Source: a virus
Virus genome (UHGV): UHGV-0172791
Length of the DNA stretch: 43,851 bases
Direction: 5' to 3' (one strand)
Shown: in pieces, positions 16,879-25,343 of the stretch
How the letters are laid out: each line of letters begins with the position of its first letter
Position numbering within the stretch: the first letter of the stretch is position 1
The notes under the pieces: generated by a model
What the model was told of the DNA's origin: nothing
Seen by the model: only the letters and a program-made list of their open reading frames with translations
Database searches by the model: none
Program-made: the position numbers and the translations under genes

Positions 16879-17594
16879 GTAACAACTTAAAAAGTAGTGT
16901 TAGCGGCTATGGTCTTGTATTTAAGCGAGTTATGAAAGATACAGACATTGATATTGAAGCAAAAGCATTATACAGCTATTTATCAGCTTATGCTGGTTCA
17001 AGTGAAGTCGCATTTCCAAGCGTTAACTTGATATGTCACGAACTTAATATCAGTGATAAACGTTTTAAGAAATATAGGAAACAGCTTGAAGATAACGGTT
17101 ATCTAAGCGTCAAAAGACAAAGAACAGATAACGGTTTTAGTAAAAATATCTACACTATAGAACACAATCCCGTATCGGGTAGTTTCGTAACGGTACAAAA
17201 TGTAACGGGAAGAAACGTAACGGGACAAAACGACACCACTACAATTAATAGTATTACAAATAACAGTATTACAAGTAACAGTAAGACAATTAATAATAGC
17301 GCAACTGACGTTACGCGTGAGCAATTTGAAGAGTGGTGGCAACTCTATGATAAAAAGCTAGACAAAAAGAAAGCTGCATCACTATTCAAATCAGCATTAA
17401 AAAAACACGACTTCGAAACAATCATGAAAGGCACTAGAGAGTATCTAAAGACAATAACTAACAAACAATATCAAAAGTACCCTAAAACGTTTTTAGGCCA
17501 AGAAAGTTATCTGAACGACTTTACACAAGAAACTGTACCAAATGGATTGGATCAGTTAGAACGTATGAAGTACGACGAGAGTTATTGGGACTAG
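16875..17594 (+). CDS. Replication initiator / replisome organiser (DnaD-like C-terminal domain)
   Basis: N-terminal phage replisome-organiser-like region, low-complexity middle encoded by iterons, C-terminal DnaD-like EEWWQLYDKK...; followed by DnaC-like loader. Confidence 0.6.
   Translation: MSNNLKSSVSGYGLVFKRVMKDTDIDIEAKALYSYLSAYAGSSEVAFPSVNLICHELNISDKRFKKYRKQLEDNGYLSVKRQRTDNGFSKNIYTIEHNPVSGSFVTVQNVTGRNVTGQNDTTTINSITNNSITSNSKTINNSATDVTREQFEEWWQLYDKKLDKKKAASLFKSALKKHDFETIMKGTREYLKTITNKQYQKYPKTFLGQESYLNDFTQETVPNGLDQLERMKYDESYWD
17186..17281. repeat. Iteron cluster (candidate origin of replication) inside the initiator gene
   Basis: Three tandem 15-mers CGTAACGGTACAAAA / TGTAACGGGAAGAAA / CGTAACGGGACAAAA (17186-17230) and two tandem 15-mers ATTACAAATAACAGT / ATTACAAGTAACAGT (17252-17281). 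Confidence 0.5.
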
Positions 17595-17606
17595 GAGTGA
17601 TTATAA

Positions 17607-18377
17607 ATGCAATCAATGGAAAGTTTAGCTAGAAATATCAAACCTAGTAAAAATATCGTAGAAGAACAACACAACCTTAAATGTAGTAAATGTGGGAACA
17701 CATACGACTATTACAAGTTTAGTAACGGGCATGAATTTAGACATGGTTGTGACTGTTCAATGATACAAGCTGGTAAAGAAGCAGAGCGAAAGAGAAAGCA
17801 AAAATACATCAATAGTATTTTTAGTCAATCAACAGTTAATGGCTCATTAAAAGATGCGACTGTAAATAATTACAAACCCCAAAACGAAAAGCAAGTATAC
17901 GCTAAAAAAACGGCCATAGAATACGTTAAAACATTCTCGGTAGACAAACCTAAGTCTTTAATCTTACAAGGCTCATATGGTACCGGAAAAAGCCATATAG
18001 CGTATGCCATAGCTAAAGCAATTAAAAACAAAGGATATTCAGTAGCTTTTATGCACATTCCAATGTTAATGGAGCGTATTAAAGCGACATATAACAAGAA
18101 TGCTGCAGAAACAACAGATGAACTTGTACAACTACTAAGCAACATAGATTTACTGGTGCTTGATGATATAGGTGTAGAAAATACTGAACACACATTAAAT
18201 AAACTGTTTTCAATCGTAGATAACAGAGTAGGAAAGAATAACATCTTTACTACTAACTTTAGTGATAAAGAACTTAATCAAAATATGAATTGGCAAAGGA
18301 TCAATTCGAGAATGAAACATAACGCTAGGACTGTAAAGGTACTAGGCGATGACTACAGGGAGCGTGACGCATGGTAA
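17607..18377 (+). CDS. DnaC/IstB-like helicase loader ATPase
   Basis: Walker A GSYGTGKSHIAYAIA; Walker B LLVLDDIG; N-terminal zinc-binding CSKCGN...CDC. Confidence 0.8.
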   Translation: MQSMESLARNIKPSKNIVEEQHNLKCSKCGNTYDYYKFSNGHEFRHGCDCSMIQAGKEAERKRKQKYINSIFSQSTVNGSLKDATVNNYKPQNEKQVYAKKTAIEYVKTFSVDKPKSLILQGSYGTGKSHIAYAIAKAIKNKGYSVAFMHIPMLMERIKATYNKNAAETTDELVQLLSNIDLLVLDDIGVENTEHTLNKLFSIVDNRVGKNNIFTTNFSDKELNQNMNWQRINSRMKHNARTVKVLGDDYRERDAW

Positions 18378-18388
18378 AGGAAAACATT

Positions 18389-18529
18389 ATGCAAATACTT
18401 GAGTGTTCTGATGTGTATGCTCAAAAAATACTTGATTGGGCGAATGGTAATCAAGAGGAACTTATCAAGCTAATTAACGACAAGCTAGAAGAAAAAAGCA
18501 ACAGACAGGCGATAACGGAGGTGTCCTAA
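18389..18529 (+). CDS. Small hypothetical protein (46 aa)
   Basis: ORF between dnaC-like gene and next gene; AAGGAAAAC upstream. Confidence 0.3.
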   Translation: MQILECSDVYAQKILDWANGNQEELIKLINDKLEEKSNRQAITEVS

Positions 18530-18774
18530 TGGGGCTTATCGACGGACTTAAAAAGCAATACATGTTGTATCAAATTGACGGTTGGGAGATGTGTAGTGTG
18601 ACGCCGTTAGGAGAAGATACGTTCAAACTAGGTAACTATGCAGGCATGCACTTTAGAAATACATTTTCAGGAACGGTAACGAAAGATGAGCTAGAAAAAC
18701 TGAAACGCAAACACAAGTTGTTCAGAAAAGAAGAACTGCAACAGCAAATGACAATTAACGAATTATTATTTTGA
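18529..18774 (+). CDS. Hypothetical protein (81 aa)
   Basis: RBS GGAGGTG; start overlaps upstream stop. Confidence 0.45.
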   Translation: MGLIDGLKKQYMLYQIDGWEMCSVTPLGEDTFKLGNYAGMHFRNTFSGTVTKDELEKLKRKHKLFRKEELQQQMTINELLF

Positions 18775-18782
18775 GGTGAGTT

Positions 18783-19190
18783 ATGGAAATAGAGATTAAT
18801 TTTAATGATACGTATAAGGAACCTATCGGCTCTCCTCGTCCACGTTTTAGGAATGCAGGTAAATTTGTTCAAACATACATGCCAACGTCTTATACAAAGC
18901 ATAAGGCGTTCATACAGAGTCAATTACCTAAAAAGATGTTGAACAGTAGATTGAAAGTATCAATATATTTTTACTTCACTCCACCTAAGAGTTGGACTAA
19001 GAATCAAAAGTTAATATCGATAGGTCAATATAAGCGTACGAAACCAGATATAGATAATTTGATTAAAACAGTATTAGACGCTGCTAACGATCACTTATGG
19101 AAAGATGATAACCAAATTGCACACATTGAAAGCTTTAAACAATATGCAAAAGAACCAAAAATAATCATGAATGTAGAGGAAGTGGAGTGA
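18783..19190 (+). CDS. rusA: RusA-family Holliday junction resolvase
   Basis: Length 135 aa, EPIGSPRPRF..., IDNLIKTVLDAANDHLWKDDNQI typical RusA catalytic Asp cluster. Confidence 0.7.
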   Translation: MEIEINFNDTYKEPIGSPRPRFRNAGKFVQTYMPTSYTKHKAFIQSQLPKKMLNSRLKVSIYFYFTPPKSWTKNQKLISIGQYKRTKPDIDNLIKTVLDAANDHLWKDDNQIAHIESFKQYAKEPKIIMNVEEVE

Positions 19191-19388
19191 ATGTACAAAG
19201 GGACAATAGAAATCAAAGCGAAAGTTGATATGAAAGTGAAAGTTCCTGTTGAAGTCAACAGAGTAAGCGATATGTATGAGGAAGAAGAATTCTATAACAA
19301 GTTATACCACGATGATAAAGACAAGTTTTTGTCAGAAGCAGAAGTTGTGGGAGTAGATATAGATGAAACTGGATGGGAGTTGAATTAA
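19191..19388 (+). CDS. Hypothetical protein (65 aa)
   Basis: ATGA overlap with rusA stop. Confidence 0.4.
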   Translation: MYKGTIEIKAKVDMKVKVPVEVNRVSDMYEEEEFYNKLYHDDKDKFLSEAEVVGVDIDETGWELN

Positions 19389-19748
19389 ATGGAAATCGCA
19401 AAAATGAGAGTTAAAAATAAATATTTTAGTATCACACCTGATGTAGCAGAAAAAATGAAAGAAGCAGATATAAATTCAAGCATTTTAAGACAAAGATTAG
19501 CTTCTGGGTGGAAGTTTGAAGATGCAATAGAAGCACCTATTGGAGTAAGACGTAGTGAGTGGGAAAGTTTAAAACCTAAAGAGAACGACATAGCTAGTTA
19601 TAAAGAGAGAATGGAGCAACGAAGATTACAAGAGTTGAAACGTAAGAAACCACACTTATTTGAAGTGCCTCAAGTACATCCTAGAAGAGAATGGTGTGTA
19701 CACCTTATGAAGTACGATATTTTTCCAAAAAGGGTGGTTAGATCATGA
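19389..19748 (+). CDS. Hypothetical phage protein (119 aa)
   Basis: Translationally coupled ORF. Confidence 0.45.
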   Translation: MEIAKMRVKNKYFSITPDVAEKMKEADINSSILRQRLASGWKFEDAIEAPIGVRRSEWESLKPKENDIASYKERMEQRRLQELKRKKPHLFEVPQVHPRREWCVHLMKYDIFPKRVVRS

Positions 19749-20188
19749 GTGTTAGAGATTTGAATAGAGGCGATAGAATCAGAATCCAAGAGGTTAATGG
19801 TGTTGAAACTACAGTGCGAATAGGAAGTGTATATCGTTTAGTTCAGAAAAGTCTTGATATGGATAAATGGGTTGCTGATGTAGAAGCAATTGACGGAAGA
19901 ACTTGGACTATTGATGATAGTTACGATTTTTACTCATTGGCTAATGAAAATGAACCTGTGGAAATGACGTTAGATGACAAGGTTAACCACCCAACACATT
20001 ATACGTATGGAGATATAGAAATTATAGAATTCATAGAGCAGGTTACTAAAGATTATAAACCAGAGTTAGCATTTGCAATTGGTAATGCAATCAAGTATAT
20101 AAGTCGTGCTAATCGTAAGAACGGAAAAGAAGATTTAGATAAGGCACGTTGGTACCTGAATAGAGCATTTGAGAAGTGGGAGGGTTAA
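19745..20188 (+). CDS. DUF3310-like phage protein
   Basis: C-terminal NHPTHYTYGDIEIIEFIEQV...AFAIGNAIKYISRANRKNGKEDLDKARWYL matches the DUF3310 pattern. Confidence 0.5.
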   Translation: MSVRDLNRGDRIRIQEVNGVETTVRIGSVYRLVQKSLDMDKWVADVEAIDGRTWTIDDSYDFYSLANENEPVEMTLDDKVNHPTHYTYGDIEIIEFIEQVTKDYKPELAFAIGNAIKYISRANRKNGKEDLDKARWYLNRAFEKWEG

Positions 20189-20190
20189 TT

Positions 20191-20871
20191 ATGGTGTATA
20201 TGTACGAGCCTTTCACTCACACAGTGACTAAGACTGACTTGACTCATCTGCACAACATTACAGGTATTCCTCTCAACACGCTATGGTATCAAAAGGAACG
20301 TGGCACATATAACGATAAGTTAAAGTGCTTCTTTACCGACACAATGCCAAGAGTGAATAAGAAACAGGAGTTTAACGAAAGAGTTATAGCAAAAGATGAA
20401 ATTTGGAAGTATAGCGAGAAGTACGACCTATACGTAAGTAACTTAGGCAGAATGAAAAGACCTGATGGAAAATACAAGTTTGCGAATGGATGTAACGGTA
20501 TTTCCACAGTCATTTATAAGAATAAGAAGTATCGTGCAGCAGATATTGTATATGAAACATTTATCGGTAATTTGAGAACAGGGTATCACGCTTACCCTAA
20601 AGACAGTAGGTACAACAATCTTATGGCAGATAACCTATTCCAATCTACATTGCAAAAATATAGAGTGTATCGCAGAAATAAAGGCATATCTAAGCCAGTA
20701 TATCTTGTTGATAACAACAACCGGATTGTTGAAGAATTCGCAAGTACAGTAGAAGCTCAAAAATTATTATTCATAGACAGACGCAACATTGCTAGAAAGT
20801 GCAACCGTAAACATGTAAGTGACGGATTGATGTATATGTGGGCAGACGAATACGAGAAGATGAACGCATGA
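20191..20871 (+). CDS. Free-standing HNH homing endonuclease (NUMOD4 + HNH_3 + NUMOD1-like DNA-binding motifs)
   Basis: EIWKYSEKYDLYVSNLGRMKR (NUMOD4-like), GYHAYPKDSRYNNLMADNL (HNH_3-like), VYLVDNNNRIVEEFASTVEAQKLL (NUMOD1-like); RBS GGGAGGG. Confidence 0.65.
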   Translation: MVYMYEPFTHTVTKTDLTHLHNITGIPLNTLWYQKERGTYNDKLKCFFTDTMPRVNKKQEFNERVIAKDEIWKYSEKYDLYVSNLGRMKRPDGKYKFANGCNGISTVIYKNKKYRAADIVYETFIGNLRTGYHAYPKDSRYNNLMADNLFQSTLQKYRVYRRNKGISKPVYLVDNNNRIVEEFASTVEAQKLLFIDRRNIARKCNRKHVSDGLMYMWADEYEKMNA

Positions 20872-21053
20872 TACTATCCGACACAATCAACCAAAGATAC
20901 AGATACAACGCACAAGGCAAGACACCTACAGAAGTACAGCGTGAACTAAGACAGATGGGCGTTAAAGGTTTTGTGGTTAAGGTGGCAGGAAGCAGAGTGA
21001 CGATGAAAGTTGATGAGAACGATATTAAAAAGAATAGGGAGTGTTTGAGATAG
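20868..21053 (+). CDS. Hypothetical protein (61 aa)
   Basis: ATG overlaps HNH stop. Confidence 0.4.
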   Translation: MILSDTINQRYRYNAQGKTPTEVQRELRQMGVKGFVVKVAGSRVTMKVDENDIKKNRECLR

Positions 21054-21397
21054 ATATAAAAAATCATTTATATACTTTCCAAGCTATATGTACCAATGTA
21101 GTTGACGGTGACACGATAGATATTTTACTGGATTTAGGCTTCAAGACAACCGCAGAACGTAGAGTAAGGTTACTTAATGTAGATACACCTGAAAGAGGTC
21201 AAGAGAACTATAAAGAAGCTACCGACTTTACTAAAACGTGTGTAGAAGGCAAGAAGATATACGTACAGACCTACAAGAGCGATGTTTTCGGTAGGTATCT
21301 CGCTAATGTGTGGTACGAGGACGGGGAATATTGTTTAAATGATGAGTTAAGAAATGCAGGGTTATTGAAAGAAAATTCTAAATGGAACGAGGGATAG
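21041..21397 (+). CDS. Staphylococcal-nuclease (SNase/thermonuclease)-like protein
   Basis: VVDGDTIDI...RVRLLNVDTPE...GRYLANVW matches SNase catalytic motifs. Confidence 0.6.
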   Translation: MFEIDIKNHLYTFQAICTNVVDGDTIDILLDLGFKTTAERRVRLLNVDTPERGQENYKEATDFTKTCVEGKKIYVQTYKSDVFGRYLANVWYEDGEYCLNDELRNAGLLKENSKWNEG

Positions 21398-21708
21398 GAA
21401 TGGCAGAAGAATATGAAATGAGATATTTGCAATCTCCTCATTTAATGGAATATTATCCAAGATTTGATAACTGTAATCAATATATCTTCGATAGTACAAA
21501 TGATTATTTATTAAGTGTTGTTAATGAGCTAGATTTTCATGACTTATATTTTCATAAGACTGGTCTATATGAAATCGCAAAAGTGCATGGTGGAAAATTA
21601 ATAAGCGAACCTATAAGAAATTTAACGGTAGATGAAATACTAGATTTTGTTAATAAAGAAAATGAGTATGGGCCAGTAGAGACAAAAAGGTTACCGGAGG
21701 ACGAGTAA
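21382..21708 (+). CDS. Hypothetical protein (108 aa)
   Basis: ORF, coupled start. Confidence 0.4.
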   Translation: MERGIGMAEEYEMRYLQSPHLMEYYPRFDNCNQYIFDSTNDYLLSVVNELDFHDLYFHKTGLYEIAKVHGGKLISEPIRNLTVDEILDFVNKENEYGPVETKRLPEDE

Positions 21709-21981
21709 ATGGCGGAAGTCAAGTTATCACAAGAAAGTTATGATGAGTTGTTAGCAGATATAACAACACTGAGAGCGCAAGCAGGTGTTTACTTTGAAAA
21801 ATGGCAAGATGCGAAAAGGAAAGCAGAGGTGTTTGATGAGATAGTAAAAGTTTTAGCTAGTATCTCAAAAGAGATAGTGGAGTATCCAGGCGATAATGAT
21901 AAACAAAAAGAGGTTATCTACAAAAGATGGGATGAATTATTTGAACCCATGAAAATACTGGAGGTCGACCATGAAGGATAA
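21709..21981 (+). CDS. Hypothetical protein (90 aa)
   Basis: ORF, coupled start (TAAATG). Confidence 0.4.
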   Translation: MAEVKLSQESYDELLADITTLRAQAGVYFEKWQDAKRKAEVFDEIVKVLASISKEIVEYPGDNDKQKEVIYKRWDELFEPMKILEVDHEG

Positions 21982-22192
21982 AAAGTGGATAACGCTAAAA
22001 GAAGAATTGATGCAAAAGTATATTGAACTTCGTGGCAAAAGCAATAAAATTTCAAGCGATCTACCAACTGTTGAGATAGCAAACATATTAGTCGGTAGGA
22101 GAATTTTAAGACAACAATTACAACGCATGGACGAACTCGACGGAACACATGAGTTTCAAAATTTATTAAGTGATTTGGAGCGTGGGGAATAA
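21971..22192 (+). CDS. Hypothetical protein (73 aa)
   Basis: ORF, overlapping start. Confidence 0.4.
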   Translation: MKDKKWITLKEELMQKYIELRGKSNKISSDLPTVEIANILVGRRILRQQLQRMDELDGTHEFQNLLSDLERGE

Positions 22193-22353
22193 TGAAAAAA
22201 TTTAACGTTGAAATTGTATATACAGGTATGCTTAATGAAACCGTTGAGGCTGAAAGTGTAGAAGAAGCTGAATTTGAAGCTCGAGATATCGCGGCGATGG
22301 AACTGTCAGGGGATATTGATGAATACACTATATCAGTACAGGAGGACGAGTAA
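22192..22353 (+). CDS. Hypothetical acidic protein (53 aa)
   Basis: TAATG overlap upstream; stop abuts dut start. Confidence 0.35.
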   Translation: MKKFNVEIVYTGMLNETVEAESVEEAEFEARDIAAMELSGDIDEYTISVQEDE

Positions 22354-22878
22354 ATGACAAATACATTAGAAATTAAATTATTATCAGAAAATGCGACTAT
22401 GCCAAAGAGAGATAGGTTAGATGCTGGGTACGATATATATTCAGCAGAAACAGTAATACTGGAGCCACAGGAGAAAGCAGTAATCAAAACAGATGTTGCA
22501 GTAAACATTCCAGAGGGTTATGTAGGACTATTAACGTCAAGAAGTGGTGTGAGTAGTAAGACATATTTAGTGATTGAGACAGGCAAGATTGATGCGGGCT
22601 ATCAGGGGAATTTAGGCATTAATGTTAAAAATGATAACGAAACTTTAGAAAAATGGAGTGGATATAATTTCAGTAACTTTGTATTAAATATTAAAGAAGA
22701 AACTATTCCAGCGATTGGTGATAAAGAATCGATGATTGGAACTTATCAAATTAACAAAGGCGACAAGCTAGCTCAGCTTGTTATTGTACCTATTTGGACA
22801 CCAGAATTAAAACAAGTAAATGAGTTTAGTAGTGAGTCAGAAAGAGGGACAGACGGATTTGGATCAACAGGATTCTAA
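22354..22878 (+). CDS. dut: Trimeric dUTPase with staphylococcal-phage-type extra central region
   Basis: Motifs AGYDIYS, GLLTSRSGVS, IDAGYQGNLGINV, C-terminal RGTDGFGSTGF; ~40-aa insertion (ETLEKWSGYNFSNFVLNIKEETIPAIGDKES) between motifs III and IV. Confidence 0.9.
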   Translation: MTNTLEIKLLSENATMPKRDRLDAGYDIYSAETVILEPQEKAVIKTDVAVNIPEGYVGLLTSRSGVSSKTYLVIETGKIDAGYQGNLGINVKNDNETLEKWSGYNFSNFVLNIKEETIPAIGDKESMIGTYQINKGDKLAQLVIVPIWTPELKQVNEFSSESERGTDGFGSTGF

Positions 22879-22914
22879 AGACATATACGAAAGAGTAAAA
22901 GAGGTGTTGGGGAA

Positions 22915-23118
22915 GTGAAACAATTCCTAATCAGAGAATTCACAGATAGCACAGGCCATATACACAAGCACATCGAGCAAGCTAGATTTAACGAGAAAAT
23001 GACACTTGTAGAAGCAGAGGATAAGGAAGAAGCAGAAGAGAAAGCAAAGCGTATATTAAGTCAGCACGATAGATTACAACTTAGAAAACTATATCGTTTG
23101 CAAGAAAGATTGGGATAA
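22915..23118 (+). CDS. Hypothetical protein (67 aa, GTG start)
   Basis: RBS GAGGTG. Confidence 0.4.
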   Translation: MKQFLIREFTDSTGHIHKHIEQARFNEKMTLVEAEDKEEAEEKAKRILSQHDRLQLRKLYRLQERLG

Positions 23119-23130
23119 GGAGTGAACGGA

Positions 23131-23283
23131 ATGAAAAGTAGTGAAGAAGTAATTGGAAAATTAAAAAGTGTAATTAGCGATATTGAAGAATCAAAGCAGG
23201 AAGATTCAATAACACTTACTTATAAATCAGCGTTGGAACACGTTATAGAATATATCGAACATGGAGATGATTTAGATGATTAA
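23131..23283 (+). CDS. Hypothetical acidic protein (50 aa)
   Basis: RBS TAAGGAGTGAACGGAATG identical to that at 13366. Confidence 0.35.
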   Translation: MKSSEEVIGKLKSVISDIEESKQEDSITLTYKSALEHVIEYIEHGDDLDD

Positions 23284-23446
23284 ACGCATATTAAAGATAT
23301 GGTTCACTATCGCAATGTACGAGTTAGGTAAATGGATTGGTAGAGAGTTGTACTATAAGTTAACTGCAAATGATGAGGTGGAAGTGCCTAAGGATTTTGA
23401 CGAACACGACCACGCTCATTTAAATGGCGTATACGGAGGTTATTAA
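23276..23446 (+). CDS. Hypothetical protein (56 aa)
   Basis: Overlapping start. Confidence 0.35.
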   Translation: MIKRILKIWFTIAMYELGKWIGRELYYKLTANDEVEVPKDFDEHDHAHLNGVYGGY

Positions 23447-23447
23447 A

Positions 23448-23846
23448 GTGATTTGGATAAGTTTATTATCGGTAACAATTGTGTTAGTACTGTGTATTTT
23501 TGCTATATATAAGTGGATTAAAGCAGAGAAAAGAGTTAATGAGTTACAGGAAGATAAACATGGATTGCAATTAGATAAGTTACATTTAGAAAGAGAGGTA
23601 TCTTGGTTGAAAAATAAGGATAATAAAAACAACATAGGCAAATACGTGGTTGAGTTAAAAAAAGGAGTATATTTAGTGAAAAAATATATAGGTAGTTATG
23701 GAAACACATGCATAATCACTGACAATGTATTTGAAGCTTTATCTTACGACGATTTATATTCAGCTAAAGAAGATGCATGTAGTTTTAACGGACGTGTACT
23801 AGAACACAAACCTAATTTAGAGGTGGTCAAACAATGTGGGGCGTAA
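23448..23846 (+). CDS. Hypothetical membrane-anchored protein (GTG start; ATG 23424 alternative)
   Basis: RBS GGAGG 8 nt before GTG; N-terminal TM IWISLLSVTIVLVLCIFAIYKWI. Confidence 0.45.
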   Translation: MIWISLLSVTIVLVLCIFAIYKWIKAEKRVNELQEDKHGLQLDKLHLEREVSWLKNKDNKNNIGKYVVELKKGVYLVKKYIGSYGNTCIITDNVFEALSYDDLYSAKEDACSFNGRVLEHKPNLEVVKQCGA

Positions 23847-23974
23847 TAGCAATTATTATATTGGTATTGCTTCTATTCGGTTCACTACTTGAACAGAATG
23901 ATTTAAAACATCAGTTAGAAGTGAAAGATTATGAGATTAAGACATTGAAAGATAAGTTGGAGAATGGAGGGTAA
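23834..23974 (+). CDS. Small membrane protein (46 aa)
   Basis: MWGVIAIIILVLLLFGSLL TM helix then coiled-coil. Confidence 0.3.
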   Translation: MWGVIAIIILVLLLFGSLLEQNDLKHQLEVKDYEIKTLKDKLENGG

Positions 23975-23976
23975 GT

Positions 23977-24393
23977 ATGATAACGATTGAACGACACGAT
24001 ATAAAGAAGTTGGAAGATTATATCAAGAACATAGAACGCTACAGACGAGAACTAAAAGTTAGAGAGTATGAATTGTTAGAGAACCACGAACCCGAGAATG
24101 TAGGAGCAGGAAAAAGTAATATACCAGGTAATCCTATCGAGAGAGAATCAATTAAGAAGTTAAGTGACAATCGTTATAACAACTTACGTAATATTGTAAA
24201 AGGTGTAGATAAGCTCATTTATGAATCAGATGAAGATACACAAGACTTAATGCGTTTGAGATATTGGGAATGTCCTATAGGTTGTAGTGAGTGGGAAGAT
24301 ATAGCTGACTACTTCGGAACAAGTAAGACAAGCATATTAAGACGACGTGACGCAATGATAAATAGATTGGCAGAATTTATAGGTTATGTGTAA
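23977..24393 (+). CDS. rinA: RinA/ArpU-family late-gene transcriptional activator
   Basis: 138 aa; position immediately upstream of terS across a non-coding region; ArpU-like C-terminus WEDIADYFGTSKTSILRRRDAMINRL. Confidence 0.65.
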   Translation: MITIERHDIKKLEDYIKNIERYRRELKVREYELLENHEPENVGAGKSNIPGNPIERESIKKLSDNRYNNLRNIVKGVDKLIYESDEDTQDLMRLRYWECPIGCSEWEDIADYFGTSKTSILRRRDAMINRLAEFIGYV

Positions 24394-24771
24394 GGTGGAC
24401 TTTTGAAGTGTGTAAGTCCGTTTATAATCGGTGTATTATGATATTGTAAGAATTACCTCACAAGACATAGTGTTTATCCTTTCGCACTATGGTGGGGTAT
24501 TCAATATCGAAGTGATTGGACAAGTGTTTATCGTCTTTAATTAGACGTTGCACATCCGATTGCTTAACTATCCGTCAGGGTGGCGGGTAGTTTTATTGAA
24601 TCTTACAACACGGCTTCCGATAAGTTGGTATGAATACTTGACATTTAATTTTCCTCTCTTTTACATAGTTATCCGTGAGAACACACGGGTAACTTATTTT
24701 TATGTATTGATGTGACATAGAGGTGTGACATGAGTACATAAACTCAAATAAATAACAAAACATAATCATTA

Positions 24772-24798
24772 GGCACTGTTTATGCAGTGTCTTTTTTT
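24772..24798 (+). terminator. Rho-independent terminator inside the rinA-terS non-coding region
   Basis: GGCACTG-tttatg-CAGTGTC stem followed by TTTTTTT. Confidence 0.5.
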
Positions 24799-24846
24799 AT
24801 ACGTCAAATAAAGGTGCTTAACCGTGAGAGTAGGTGGTAATATACG

Positions 24847-25335
24847 ATGAACGAACTGAACAAACGACAAAAGACATTCGCTGAAGCCTACGCTATACCT
24901 GGAACGGAATATTATGGTAACGCCACTAAATCAGCTATTAGAGCAGGATATAGTGAAAAAACAGCATATTCACAAGGGCAAAGAATGTTGAAGAATGATG
25001 AAATACAAAGTTACATCAAGGGGGTAGAAGAAAAACTCTTTGATGAACAAATAATGAGTGGTAAAGAGGTTTTGTATCGTTTAACCAGAACAGCTAGAGC
25101 AGAAACGGTTGAAATTGAGCCAGTTGTAACGAAAAAGGGGATATATAAAATTAATCCTTCAACAGAAAAACATAATCTAGTTTACGATGAAAGTGTAGAG
25201 TTGGTTAAAAAGCCACCTAAGATAAGTGATCAAAATAAAGCGTTGGAATTGCTAGGTAAACATCATAAGTTATTTACAGATGTACAAGATGTAAATGCTA
25301 CGATAACACCAGACTTCATAGATTCCATTAAGTAG
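24847..25335 (+). CDS. terS: Terminase small subunit
   Basis: N-terminal MNELNKRQKTFAEAYAIPGTEYYGNATKSAIRAGYS (P27-family TerS HTH); position. Confidence 0.8.
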   Translation: MNELNKRQKTFAEAYAIPGTEYYGNATKSAIRAGYSEKTAYSQGQRMLKNDEIQSYIKGVEEKLFDEQIMSGKEVLYRLTRTARAETVEIEPVVTKKGIYKINPSTEKHNLVYDESVELVKKPPKISDQNKALELLGKHHKLFTDVQDVNATITPDFIDSIK

Positions 25336-25343
25336 GTGCAGAG

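Noticed and set aside
17186-17281. Tandem 15-bp repeats as a possible CRISPR array
   Set aside because: Repeats are directly adjacent with no spacers, lie inside a coding region (the replication initiator) and are few in number. Iterons are the better reading. No CRISPR array or cas genes anywhere in the window.
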